NCBI GenBank assembly: GCA_001949185.1
Contig: BDGG01000008.1
Location: forward strand, 930,001 to 994,000
From: Ramazzottius varieornatus
Lineage: Eukaryota > Animalia > Tardigrada
Direction of reading: 5' to 3'
Length of the DNA stretch: 64,000 bases
Part shown: positions 37,076 to 50,119 of the stretch, piece by piece
How the letters are laid out: every line of letters starts with the position of its first letter
Position numbering within the stretch: position 1 is the first letter of the stretch
Position numbers and translations under genes: made by a program
The notes under the pieces: generated by a model
Database searches by the model: none
Seen by the model: only the letters and a program-made list of their open reading frames with translations
What the model was told of the DNA's origin: nothing

Positions 37076-40000
37076 ATGCTCAGGATGGACGTTCAAGTTT
37101 CCTCCATGGCAAATGGAGGAAGCATCAATGGCGGGAGCGGGACTTCCTTGTTGTCGCCACACCGAGTGCGCGAAGCCAAGAATGAAGTGCTGTTGTTCTT
37201 TGTGGAACTTTTAATGGAGCACAAGTCAAGGAAGCTCCATGACTTGAGTTGTTTGTTTGGCTCGCCAAACTTCTCGCCTGATATGAAGCAGGTTGTCGGT
37301 GGGTCGCAGATGGGCCTCAAACGCTTCTTGCTGAAACATCCTTCTCTCTTTACCATCAAAGGCGATACGGTAGTCATGACTTGCTACGACTTCGAGGATT
37401 ACTACCGCGGTGGATTCAGTTCGCCCAGCGAAGTTTCTCGGAAGGATTCCATCGATAGTCGCATATCGGCTTCACCGGAAGAAGAAGCCGTCGAGTTCTT
37501 CAGGTACTCTTCAATCTACTCGGCTAGTTTTCTCATTGTTTAAAGTGGTTGGACTGGATTGTGATATGAGTTGGTTCTTTGGAATAATCGACCGGGTTTT
37601 GCATGAAATCGATTGTTAAGTTTGGTCTTCAAACTTTTTCAAAGGCTGTTACTCTACTTTTGAAGAAATGTGAACCCTTTGATCAAACAGACCAAAAGCG
37701 TTATGCAAGAGTTTTCGATCAATAGTACTTTATAACGCGACACCAGAACCCTTTTTGTCAAATTTCAGCAGACATTAGCACTTTTCAGCAGTCACTCAGA
37801 CCTCAACAGATTGTTGAGTCTACTGCAGTCCGTGGTTCTCATTATGATCACATGTCCCAATTCATCCTGTTAAAAAACAAAGCACTATTTCAAATCACAA
37901 CAAGGATTTTGACATGAAACCTGTTTTTAGTGATAACTCGTTGAAACCCATTTTAGGGGAAATTATTTAGAAGGCCGGCAAAAGGAAGCGCACAGATTCC
38001 TTTTTTCCAAGTGGCGCACGCTAACATTGTTATGAGTTGGATTCGTCCGCCACTTAAAATGACGATCTTGTCGTTTCCGTCGGCGTTCTGACTCATTCTC
38101 CCATTGCTAATAATTTTGCACGGTGTCTAATTTTAGTGCGGCAAGGTCTATGCGCGTGGTGATGAAATACTTCACCGCGGAAGCCTCACCTTAGTCATCC
38201 ACTCGACCATTGTGCTTATTCGTCAATTTTTCCAGGTCCAAGATCCTGGCTGTGCCTGCACGAGGTGACGAACCCCGTCCTCCAATCCCACTGCGGTCTT
38301 TAGTTGGTCACCGCAGTCAAGCTCCTGAAAAAATACGTAGCGTGATGGGTCGGAACCTTCCCGATTTTATCCGGTTCTTGCGTGCCCACTCCGATACGTT
38401 CCAGTACGATCCCGTGTCCGACACGGTCAAACTAACCTTGACAGCCCAGCGTTCACCTCGAGACTGTCCTTCTCCAGCCAACTCATCGGCTTCTTCCCAG
38501 TCCATGTCGATCACTTCGGGAGACTTTGACGTGAACGATTGTCTAGATTTCGTTACGAGTGTGTTACAGCAGAAAGGGCCGCTCTTTCTGGATGAACTGT
38601 ACGGGCATTTGAATAAAAAGTACAAACCGGATGTGCGTCAGCTCTTTGCCAAGAACCCACGGGAACTGGGCGAGATGATCCAACAAAAGGGAGGCAATCG
38701 ATTCTACGTCGAGGGTAATTTGGTATCTTATGCGGGCGAGGTATCCCCGCCGGAACAATCATCCCCTTATAGAAGTCCGCCCGGATCCGCTCGCGAAGGC
38801 ATGAAGTTGCGACTGGCGCAAACACTCAAGCAAGTCGTCTCCGATAACAAAGCCCGTGGGGTGCTTCCTGAACCGGATACGGATAAAAGTAGGTCTAATG
38901 ACTCCGTAAGTACTAAACGAGTTCACTTTGATTTTTATTGTCCGGCTTCCCACATCATTATCGACCGCATAACTCAACGGCACAAGTATCGATAATTGAA
39001 TAAAGAAAAAGAAAAAGTTACATCTAGCCTTGGTGCCTTTTTTATGACCGATGAACGATCAAAAAAATCAGATTCATAAAAAAACCGAAAGCACTTGTCG
39101 TACTCTAATTTTAGTGTCATTTGTCTCACATTGGGACGACATAGTGTCCAGAACAAAAGCTGTTCTATACAGAGTTTATATGTTGTGGTCTTCACAGGTT
39201 GGACACCGCCATGGACAGAAATCACCAAACCAAAGCAGTTGAAGTCTCTCGTCTCAGAAATTCTCGATAGTTCGGCCGGGACCGATGCCGTCGGACTAGC
39301 CTTCATATGTGATGATGTCATTGCGGAATCGGAAACGAACGGTGGCACCTGTGATAAATTACCCGAATCATTGCTCAACTTCAAGCTTGCCAAAATTTTC
39401 ATAGCCACATACGACGGAAAGGTGCATTTCATATCTATAAGCGAACACCAGGACCTGATGCGGCTTGGTGGGTTAAAAGAACTATTAATGTCAGACAAGA
39501 TTCGCAAAGTCTTTCACGATGGAGCGAAAGGCCTCGCAGCTCTCTTGCATCAATACGGACTTCGCATCGTCAATCCGTTTGACACTCAGGTAATTTACCG
39601 AAGATCGATAAAATTAATGGTAATCATTGAATGGGGTCTTATTGGCCATAAAAATAAAAATCACGTTAAACATTGTACAGAAGGTTGGCGAACCGAACTA
39701 GTGTCTTTCACGCATCTGCATACAAAAGCCCACCGAATGATTGTAGTCCCTGTATGCCGGTGTATGAGAGAGACGTTTCTGGGCAGTTTTGCGTACCTGC
39801 ATACACGTACTAACTTTTTTTCCCTGTTATGTGCATGCAGGTGCATGACAGTTAGTTTGACGCCTTTTCGTACACCCGTATGTTTGCGGCGATCAATACG
39901 AACGAGGTTGAGAGTGCTCCGTACCGGTTTACCTTTATACATAGAATTGTAGCCGCATCACTTCGATGAGTGACTTCAAATTAACTGTGTCTTGAAATGT

Positions 40001-41147
40001 AGGTTGGATATTCGATATTCGAGTACCAAAGTAACTCAAGTGCCGCCGAGCTCTTCCTCGAAAGCAATCGATCTGTTTCGGTCATGGACGCGGCTAACGG
40101 TGTTGCACCGGCTGCTGCTCGCCTTCCCTCACCGCCAAACAATCTTGGATCCCTCGACGTGGCGCTGTACAACGCGTATAACGGCCTGAAAATTGTCTTT
40201 CCGCATGTTTACGAAGCACTCAAAAGGTAAGCACCCACCGGCGCTATTATTAGACCTGGGCTTTGTCAAGCTGTCATTTCACGCAGTTGGAAGCAGCTTC
40301 CGCGCGGTATACAGTACATATGCAGTAGCTCTTGAAATGAACAAGAAGGAAAGTCAAGCTGCTAATGGCACCTCATCAATGACAAAACCTTCTGTTGGAA
40401 TCGCAAAGGCTTGGCGCTATTTTTGAACCTTTTGTACACAAAGCCTAGATAGCTTTACTGCCCGAGCAAGGGCAACTGTCACCTGAGGCAAACAAAGACT
40501 TTTTCTGCCAAAAAAATCGAAAGGCCTATGCAAGCTATGGCAGAAAATTATCCATTTTAACCGCCACGCCCATAAAAGAACCAGACGCAATTTCAAAATA
40601 CAAAGTAATTTTTTCGCTGCATCTTTATGTCAGCGAAACTCTGACTTTTCATCCGTGAAATTTCTGCAGCTCGAAAACGAAGGTTTTTGGTCGCCTTTAG
40701 ACGTGACCTTCTTTTCCATTGCTTTGCAGCCGAATACCCGTCAAGTATACGCCCATGATGCGAGCCATTCTGGAAGAGCAGTACGAAGAATATCTTCATC
40801 CGGAACGCGCAAAGCTGCTGAAGAAGAATCGGCGAACCCTTCATCAGCTCGACAACCTCCAAGCCAAGCTCAGCCACTACTCTAGTCACGCTGACAGTGC
40901 CAACGTGCTCTCCGAAGAAGAGACTCGGCTTAGTGATATGGTGCTGGTCAACGGTAATCATCACTCGGACCATCACACATGCCATAGCGAGCCTCTCCCG
41001 CGGAAAGAAACGTGCGACGCCTCGTCCCAGACAACGATAAGTGGGGATATCCAGCCAACCAACGACTCCGCAATGCTACCTGACGACGAATACTTTTGTT
41101 CTCACAGCCGGTTTAGAACTTACAGTACTGGTCTGACCGGAAAATGA
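37076..41147 (+). CDS. egl: Egalitarian-like RNA-binding dynein adaptor with a 3'-5' exonuclease-like domain; multi-exon
   Basis: LLFFVELL...LHDLSCLFG..FSPDMKQVVGGSQMGLKRFL, LVGHRSQA, KVFHD...NPFDTQ, and C-terminal DASSQT resembling the Egl dynein light chain site. Confidence 0.85.
37975..38085. repeat. Family 1 copy (egl intron)
   Basis: ccaagtggcgcacg...cgtccgccactt...acgatcttg. Confidence 0.65.
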
Positions 41148-41524
41148 AAGACTCAAGGCTGCTTTTTCTGATTTTGATCTGATTTTTGACTGTGAGAAAA
41201 CTGCAATATACCGCAAGAGCCCTCTCATATTACCTATGTGAATAGTCCTAAAAATTATACCGGTGCACTCGAAAAATATAGTTCTCGAGAGATTCTCGAG
41301 ACCTGAACCTGACCACTGACAACGAGGGCATTTTAAAACTAATGAATAACTTTCCGTCGCATGCTTCTGCATTACATGGTTGCGAAAGGTTAAAAAACGA
41401 TGTTCAAAGGTTCAAGTCGGAGCGATAAAAGAGAGCAAAAGAAACAGTAAAAAACACGACCGTAACATCACAGACTTCTTAGATTTCTTGACATGGTCAG
41501 TCACGCGTGTCAAAAACATGTCTT

Positions 41525-43562
41525 CTACAAGTTTCCTGGTACCGGTGGCTCATTTGTGCACGGTCTCCTTCTCTTCAAAAGAACATAATTTCCAAAAGCA
41601 CAGTAGTTCTCGCTCAGAAATGGTACATAGAAAGCCCGATACAATCTATGAGAATGCTCGGCATCCAGGAACTTCTCTTTATGGATCATTTTCCAGTCGC
41701 TCTTCTTCTGTACGAAACGAGGTTCCAAGTCCGACTCTTTTCCCGGTATGTCCAGGTCGACCAAGTAGTCACACGAGCACGCATCCACATACCGGCCAGG
41801 TTCTTCCCGGTTCTCATCGTTCATTTCAGACGGATTGGCGGAGAGACCGAAGGGATAAGGTTCGAAGGCCTTTGGAAGAATTCCTTTGAAATCGGACCGG
41901 ATAAACTGGAGACGAAAGTTATCTGGCAGGAAGAAACTGGAAGGAAAACGATGCCACTCTTTTCCCACACAGACGTTAGCTGGACTGGTACGGTTCAGCG
42001 CTTCGGGATGGAGCTTCACATAAACATTCATCGGAGCTTCGTAGAAAGTAGACAAGGAAAACATTCGTGAAACACCCAGTAGAGTGAAGGTTCCCAAAAT
42101 AATCGAACTCATTATTACGACAATCTTCAAAGCCGTGGGACGTTCAATGAATTTCTCAAGAAAATATTGAGACGCCTTGAAGATCATTTCTACGACAGAA
42201 GCGCCTGCCAGAGCGAGGAGAGAGTAGGCAGGGAACAGGAAGCGTTCTTCCTTGTGTGGAGTGGACAGAAGGATCGCGAGCCATATGACGAGCGACAGAC
42301 AAGTGCCAGCGAGGTATATCCACGCTCGAGGAGGTAAGACGAAGATACGCTGAGGTCCCCAAAGACCATATGAAAGACCAGCAACCAAAGGGGAAAGAAG
42401 CGCGAGGAAAAAGACTAGGTTGAAGTTGAGAAAGCCGTTCAGGATGTAGAAGTACCAGGGTTCGGTACCATACAACTCTGGACCATGGCCGGAAATGACG
42501 TTGTACAGGACAATGTTCAACGTGGGAAAAACCAGTTTGTTGTAGTACGAGGAATCTATGGAAATGATGAGAGCGGAAAGGGAAGCGCCGACTGCAACAG
42601 CTTGGGAAGTGAATGTGAGAAGACCTCTTCGGTAGAGAATGTCCAGAGCGATCGGGATACCGAAAACAGCAGCGAAAGGCCAACCTGCGAAAATAATTTA
42701 GTTTAGCATACACAAGGCAACAACGGTAAGTCAGCCACCCCTGGTTCTACCAGCGTGACGTCATCGCTGAGTTGGAAATATACGCATGTCCGAGCTATCG
42801 ATGCTGGAACGTCCCCGACCACATTACTGCATCGTATGCCAACCTACCTAGCAAGGCGCTTGTTGCAATGGATGCAACTGCGAGGACATCCTTATCGCTG
42901 AACCAAAAGGCGTAAGCCAAAGTCGTCATGGTCATGGAGAAGGTGCTGGGAAGGAAAGCCGTAGTGGAGATGAAGAATCCTGGAGAAAACAAGTGTACCA
43001 ACAGGAGAAACCGCGCAACTCCCGGTCCAAATTTTCGCCTGACTGCATTGTAAAAGTAACATTCGGCACACACGCTTGTGAAACCGAATAAAAGACGTAA
43101 AATATAAAACATCAACAGGCGATCGGGATGGAAGAGTAGATCGTATAGCTTCAGTGGAAGCGCATGGAGTAAGATGTATGCGTACGAGCGGATGGCGAAC
43201 ACCGGCGAGTATTCCCACGTCTGGAATCCTGAGTGATAAAGAACGTAGTGCAGAGGCTCCCAGTAGTTGAATGTTTCGTCGCAGTCGGTGATGTGAGACC
43301 ATACGACCGAACACAGACGGGCAGATAAGAGAAGCTTGAAGGCTGTGCGTATTTCCGGCGTCCAGGTGAACTTCCAGTGTGAAGGCTGGTATGTCAACAC
43401 TTTCCTTTCCTTGACAGGACTGCTTGGTGGTTCTGCAATACGGTTAGTCGAGATCGTGGCATCGCCTCCTCCGCCGATGTCAATCGCATTTCCGGTTAGT
43501 GGGGTAACATTAGCACGGCGTCGTGATCCATGTCGCTGCCTGCTGGCCGCTTTGGAACTCAT
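41525..43562 (-). CDS. ALG9: Alpha-1,2-mannosyltransferase ALG9 (GT22); 2 coding exons
   Basis: ITDCDETFNYWEPLHY..GFQTWEYSPVFAIRSY, GPELYGTEPWYFY, PHKEERFLFPAY, VCVGKEWHRFPSSFFLP. Confidence 0.97.
42725..42795. repeat. Family 2 copy, partial (ALG9 intron)
   Basis: ggtaagtcagccacccctgg...gtgacgtca. Confidence 0.6.
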
Positions 43563-43984
43563 GATCAGCAAGTAACCGGATCTCAAGCTCCGGCAGTCAG
43601 TGCAGATGGCGATCAAAGAGGAAGCACCGGCATAAGAGAGGTAGCTGATCTAGAGGAGCTGTATTCTGCGGGTCCGGAATTAAATGGAGTTTAATACGAA
43701 ATTCAAAAATGCAGAATTTCGGATTTTGGAATTTGGGGGTCTGTAGTGTCATGTCATCTTACTGTATGTTATGTCAAGCTGATGTCAGCAGCCGTGCTGG
43801 ATGTTCAAAACAGCTTCCCGACATCAGCATTGGATCGAAAGGTCTTTAATAGTTGTAAAAAAGAATAAGGTATGAAATCACCACCGGGATATGTATGGGG
43901 ATAAGAAACATATCGCAAATTTGTGAGGGAATGGATGCAGCAGGATAGCAGCACGCAGCGAAAGGAATAATCATAAATAAAACT

Positions 43985-46900
43985 TCAAAAAAGTTTTGAG
44001 GTCGGGCTTGGAAAGTTAGAGACCTCTGCTTGTTCCTGTACTGTCTGCAAAGATGTTTTATAAAAAATCCTCAATCTTAGTTTAACAGGAGTATGGGACG
44101 GATTCGCTATCTTCATCTGCTGCACAACGGGACTTAGGCCATGCGCGGGTATTGTCGAACTCGAAGGCGGGAAGAGCTGCAGCTGCAAGACCTGAAACAA
44201 AATTACCCATCACAAAACCAGCGGTCGAAGGCAGTGAGACAAGATACATACTTTTGGGACAGCTGCTTGGAAAACGAAATCGCTCATTTCTTCTGGGGAA
44301 AAGTTCCAAGCGTTGATGGTCACGTCCAACGACTCCGGAGACCCATTCACCGTGAAGTCTATTCGTAAACCGTTCTTCTCGAAAGCTGTGAACGTAGTGC
44401 CGGCTGATACTGGAGTGTTACTGGTATTGCCGTTCAGGAAGTCGAAATCAGCCATGGCGGAGGTTGCGGACGTGTTAGCGGGGGCAGCTGGTCGGGCTTT
44501 CGGTACTGAGCTGGCTGGGTTCATGTCGAGCAGGTCCAGAAGATCTGTCATACCACCTCCAGCCGAGCTGCCTTGATGAGCGTGCCCGTTCTCATGGATG
44601 ACTGGTGTATCGGATGCTAATATACTCATATCATCCAAGATTCCGAGAAGGCTCTGCCAAAGTTCGTGGTTGAGTTCCAGACGAAGCTATGAACCTAAGT
44701 TTGACCTTCACTTACGTCAGAATGTTTCGGGGCTCGAGGTTTCGAAGTACCGTCTCGTTTATCGCCATGATAGCCGAGTAAGTCATCGGTATCATCAGCG
44801 TGGGGGACCGTCAAGCCTTCTTCCCCATTCATGAATGTGGAGTCAGCTGCCGTTCCTCGCTTGACAATCGGCATTCGCTCCAGTATACCATACCGGAACT
44901 GTTGTGGTCTCTCGAAGAGAGAAGAGTATTCTACTGCTCGTTGCTGGATCTCGATAGAGACGTTCGCCGTCAGCGGTGCCAATATCTGCTCGATCCGACT
45001 ATAACAGAAAAAGCTGATCACTATCTCCGATTATTCTCTTAGAGTGTAGATCTTACCTCGTCATTTCTGTAAATCTGGTCGACAGTTTCATCACAGCGTT
45101 GAGGGCGTATTCTCTTGTGGAGACCCAGCTATGCTTGTTCTTGATGATGTTTTCCAGCGCGTCGACCACAGAATGCTCGCTGATGTTCATGGGCTGTTGC
45201 TGCTGGTGGTCTTCGCCGCCGAAACTACTGGGGCCAGCTGACAACAACAGATCTCCGAACTCGCCCAAGCTCCAACAGGCTACTTGGACCAGAGGCTGCT
45301 TCGTGTCGAAGTTCGGGTCTTGCACGCACTGGAACAGCTCACGAACCGCGTATGCTTGCTCTTCAGCGTACTCACCAATCAGCTGGATGATGTTGGCCAC
45401 GACGTGATCCGAAACGTAGTTTCCACTCTAAAGAGGGATTTCAAAATAAACAGCTAACTTTCACATAAATTTCATAACCCGAACGTCGGCAGACGGCTTC
45501 ACCCCAGATCGATATTTTAGTAGCGCACGTCCTCATTGTTTTCGACTGGGAGCGTGCTCCACTCAGAAAAACAATCTGGATGAGCTTATTTGCCAACCTC
45601 CCAACTTCTGCTTGTAAAATCTCAGTCTGGAATATTTCACATCTCAAATCCAAAACAAATTCGGAAGCAACTGCTTACGAGATTTAGGGCTTTGATCATG
45701 GTGTCAATCTGCCATCGTCTATTCGGAGCGTATCTTTCGCACGTTATGAAGAGGTTCGACGAGCAAGGCGCCTTGAATTCGTTGTCGGCGGTTTCTAAGA
45801 AGGCCAGTAGTTCCTTGGCCATTGCTTTGACATTTGTTGCATTGACCAGGGCAAACGATAGTTCCATGGCTCGCTTCCGAATCGACACGTCCGGGTCCTT
45901 CAGGCACTCCAGAACTGTCGACCTGTGCCGCTGGACAGCCATGTTGTCGATTTGCACAGTCTTCAGCAAAGTGTTGAGCGCCACGTATCTATAAACAAGA
46001 ACATGAACAGTCATGCAAGATTACCGTTTCTGACCGACGACAGACCAGATGAGAGCTGGGCAAACAAACTCGGCCAGATCGTGTTCCCAAGTGGCGTATG
46101 TTTTTCATGTTTTTGGCTGAGAGCGTGCGCCACTTGTAAAAGCGATCTTGTCAAGTTTGTTTGCCCAGGTCCCTAATAACCAACCTGATATTCCTGTCTT
46201 GATTCATGAGAAATCGGCCCAAAATATTAACGGCAAGGACGCGCAGTCCACTCTCGGACTTGATATCCATGATCGCCAACACCGTCTCATACAAAACAGC
46301 ACCACCAACATTCTTCGACCCATCGGTATTAGTTGCAACCTAGAAGTAAACCGTGATGACAGTGCTAAAATTGCCTCAGTTAATCGTCAGTTCGAACATA
46401 AATTGAAAGCTTGTTCTGTTTTCGCACCTGCGCCAAGATGTCGTTCATCATATCGCTCGCTTCGGCGTCGTTTCTTCCGAGAACAGTCAAAAGGTCCAAC
46501 ATTTTGACCTGCAAACCAGCATGTTGAGACTCAGTTCTCCTGTGATGGGAGTAATGCATCGCTGTTATGTGGTCGTACATCACGAGTTTACCTGAAGGAA
46601 AGGGTCGGAGATGCCGGATACATCGTGGTCAGGATTGTATCCGGCCATGATCAGAGCTCTGAAGGTCCTAACGATGTTCGGCACGAGCTTCCGGAAGCTC
46701 CCCAGTGTTTCCGTATTCATTTCGCACATCTGTCGCATCAAGACCATACCAGTGATCTGCACCGCGTGGTTCTTCTCAGCCAGTAAAGACCTAGTCACTG
46801 GCATGAACTGGTCCATCAGACTGGGGACCTTCTGGATCATCCTTACAGCGCACAGAGCAGCCTACAAAGCACGACCCATATCAATCCGCGCACCGTTCCA

Positions 46901-47704
46901 TCCTTCAGCCTGTTACAAGAAAACAAACATCTGACTTCATCATTACCTTTTTCCTCAAGTAACTATTGCTTGACTTGAGCAGCTTCTCGATCTCTCCAAC
47001 CAAGTCTCTGCACATCTCGGCCGAGCAGATTTCTCCCAACGCACATAGAGCCAATCCAGCTATGTACTGGTTAGTATTGTTCAGATCACTAAAAGATGAA
47101 GAGAAAAACTGTTTACTGGGTCCTCGAATAACAGACTCAATAGCCATCAGTGGAGCTTATAACACCGATGACTTACTTCTTGATGCAGTTAGTAATCAGC
47201 AGATGCACTTCCGTCTGCTCGTCCAGCAGCAACATCGCACCCAAATAGCCGATTCGTTTATCGGTGAATCGGTGACTGGCCACAAGCTTTAGACATTCCA
47301 GCTGGAAACACAAAAATATTCTGAACACCATAAGAATGTCGAGTGGGGCTGGTGCAATGCTACTACTGTATACCTGGCCGAAGTGAGCTGGATAGCCTAG
47401 CATATGGATATACAGTAGTTTAGCCACATTCCGACAGCGCCACGTTACATCTTCCTCTCGAAAGTTCGCACGGATATCTGCACATTCCTTGTTGACTACG
47501 GCTCGCTCGTCTGCTGCAGTCCTGGCTGCTCGCACTTGTCTAATGAGATCCCGCAGACGAATGGGTGTCATAGGCAACTTGATGGCGTTTTGCATAACAT
47601 CTTGAATTTGAGTCTGTAGCACATAAGCAATTGATACCACCATAAACAGCCATAAGAGAAGTACCGTAGTTCTGACATACCCGAATGTTCTGCAGCGTCT
47701 CCAT
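43985..47704 (-). CDS. AP1G1: AP-1 complex subunit gamma-1; multi-exon
   Basis: [77 protein letters not shown] ear FVFQAAVPK. Confidence 0.97.
45485..45602. repeat. Family 1 copy (AP1G1 intron)
   Basis: cagatcg...agtagcgcacg...gcgtgctccact..aaaacaatctg...tttgccaacctccc. Confidence 0.7.
46051..46173. repeat. Family 1 copy, best preserved (AP1G1 intron)
   Basis: ctgggcaaacaaact..cagatcgtgttcccaagtggcg...cgccacttgtaaaagcgatcttgtcaagtttgtttgcccag. Confidence 0.85.
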
Positions 47705-48370
47705 CTTGCTAGAGCGAAGTCTCCTCTCTTCAGGCCAGCAGGAAGGCAGGACACAACTGAATGAACAAGGGACGGTTGCTGGAAGATCACGACTGCTGTC
47801 CCACACCGGATCCAACTTCCTGTGAGCCGAGCTGGCTTATGAATTCGTTAAACAGGCGTGAATGGATCAGCTCTCGACGGGAGCAAATCTTGAAGAATCA
47901 GGTTCTGTGAAACTAATGTTGTGTAACTGTAACAAAACAGCTGGCCCACCTGTGCTCACCTGTAAGGTGGTTGAATGAAACGTGGAGAATGGAAATTATG
48001 GATCTGACGGCAGAGCGCGGCTTGCGTGACGTCTTGTTACCAGTTACCGCGTATATATTTTACTGTAAAGCGTTAGCGTGGGTTGGCTCCGGGACGTAAT
48101 GCGCGACTTACACGGATAATTAACATCCTTTTTGAACCCAATTCCAAGCCATGCAAGTTAAACTTGGAACTTGAAAGTTGAAAGGTGGAGTCAACCGCAA
48201 AGGAAACTATCATGACGTCATCTGTGTTATGATTTGCTATTGCATTTCCGGTGGGTAATTTTCCCAATTCCCATTCATCTGACTTGAAGCGTTCTGGATC
48301 TGTCATACTCCAGGCGCTGAGTTATTTAATTTACAGGAGATCTGAGGACGGCCAAGTTCCTGAGTTCAGC

Positions 48371-49742
48371 ATGCAAGGAGACGATGGGCTCACCTCGGTG
48401 AGGCGACGGCAGCAACTGGACAACTCGGCGGAACAGTCTGCCTCATCCAAGACTCCGAAAGATGGTTTGGCCACCAAACGCTCGAGCGATGAAGCGATAT
48501 CAAGAATCGTTTCGGACTACTCCACAGCGTACACGATGGCGTTTGGTCTTCCGGCAATGATGCTCACAGCGCTCTTATTTCATGTTTTCGTTATTGTGTT
48601 TCGCGCAAACGACGGTAAGCTATAGTCGTCTGACTGCATTATCTTTTTCTTTTTGAAAAGTCAATTTTGTTCTTGCAGAACCAACCTCTGTCGTCCGCTG
48701 GTCGCTCGCCATTCTTTTTCCAGCCATCCTTGCACTACATGGATTCAGACGGAAGAGTTTAAGCATCAGTGGCGCAGTCGCCGGCTTCGTCGTTGGATTC
48801 ATCATGACGATGGGCAGTTACGGCTTCGCCACCTCCATGTTCGCGTTCTTCATTCTCGGATCCTCAGCTACCAAAGTCAGAGCAGAAGTAAAGAGAAAGA
48901 TCGAAGCTGACTATATGGAAGGTAGGCCCAATCAGAAACGATCCTTAAAGCTTGTCCAGTCAGTTCAAACTGATATCTGTTCAGGTGGACAAAGGACTTG
49001 GATTCAAGTTCTCTGCAACGGCGGACCGGCAGTCACATTCGCCTTGTTTTCAATAATAGAGAACGGATGCGGAGAGAAGCCCTTAGATTTCAGCCAATTT
49101 TACCACGCGACGTTTAACGCATTGGGCGTATTAGGCTGCCTTTCTTGTGCCTGCGGAGACACTCTTGCTAGCGAGCTGGGAGCAGTTTTCAGTAAAAATG
49201 AGCCTCGCCTGATTACGACTCTTCAGAGGGTCCCTAGAGGTACAAAAACCTTCGTCGAAGATTTCTGTCTCCACCGAAAAACATAACGTGTGCATAGAGT
49301 GGGCATCGAAATTTTTCTGTCTCTGGCAGGCACAAACGGGGGTGTTTCCAAGGTGGGTCTCTGGGCTAGCTTCCTCGGTGGGATCTTCATCGGTATCGTG
49401 TTCTACGTGATGACGCTCCTTTTCGCATGGGACTACATAGTCCTCCACGAATCCCAACAGTGGCCTGTGATACTGATCGCCGGTTTCAGCGGACTACTCG
49501 GCTCACTGATAGACTCGCTGCTAGGAGCTTTGTTCCAGTTCAGCGGCTTGGACAAAGAAAGACGAATCGTAAATACGCCTGGACCTGGCATCACAAAGAT
49601 TTGCGGAAGAGAGCTTCTGGATAACCACGCGGTAAATCTAATTTCTTGTGCTTTAACATCATTGATCTGTCCGAACATCGGTTTAGCCGTTTACCAAGCG
49701 TTACATCAGCTATCCCCTATCACTAACCTTGAGACATGCTAG
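48371..49742 (+). CDS. TMEM19: Transmembrane protein 19 (DUF92); multi-exon
   Basis: GGQRTWIQVLCNGG, ACGDTLASELG, PRLITT..VPRGTNGGVS, GSLIDSLLGA, LLDNHAVNL. Confidence 0.93.
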
Positions 49743-50119
49743 GCGTGTTGGAACCAAAGTATACGCGCAAGTTGCTCAGTTAATGGTACTCCCGCGTGTC
49801 TTGTTATAGAATACATTTTATCGTGCTTTGTATGTAAAAAGTCTGTACAGTCTTGTTTTATACCTTTGCATGATAGTTTAGTTCTTCAGCTAACCGTACG
49901 AGTGTTTTCATCAAAAGCCGGTGTGATCTAGAGATGTGTGCTGTCTGTTGCCGCTGTCAGAGACCCAGAGTGCCCGATTTCTACACCGATACCGGTGCGT
50001 CGAACCTGAACTTGATACCTCAGAGTGAAGCGGCAAATCTGTACAAGCACCCGGCCCAACATTCAGACCAGTAAAAAGGATGTTCGGTCTTCCGGGACGG
50101 AAATTTCACTACCCAGTTC

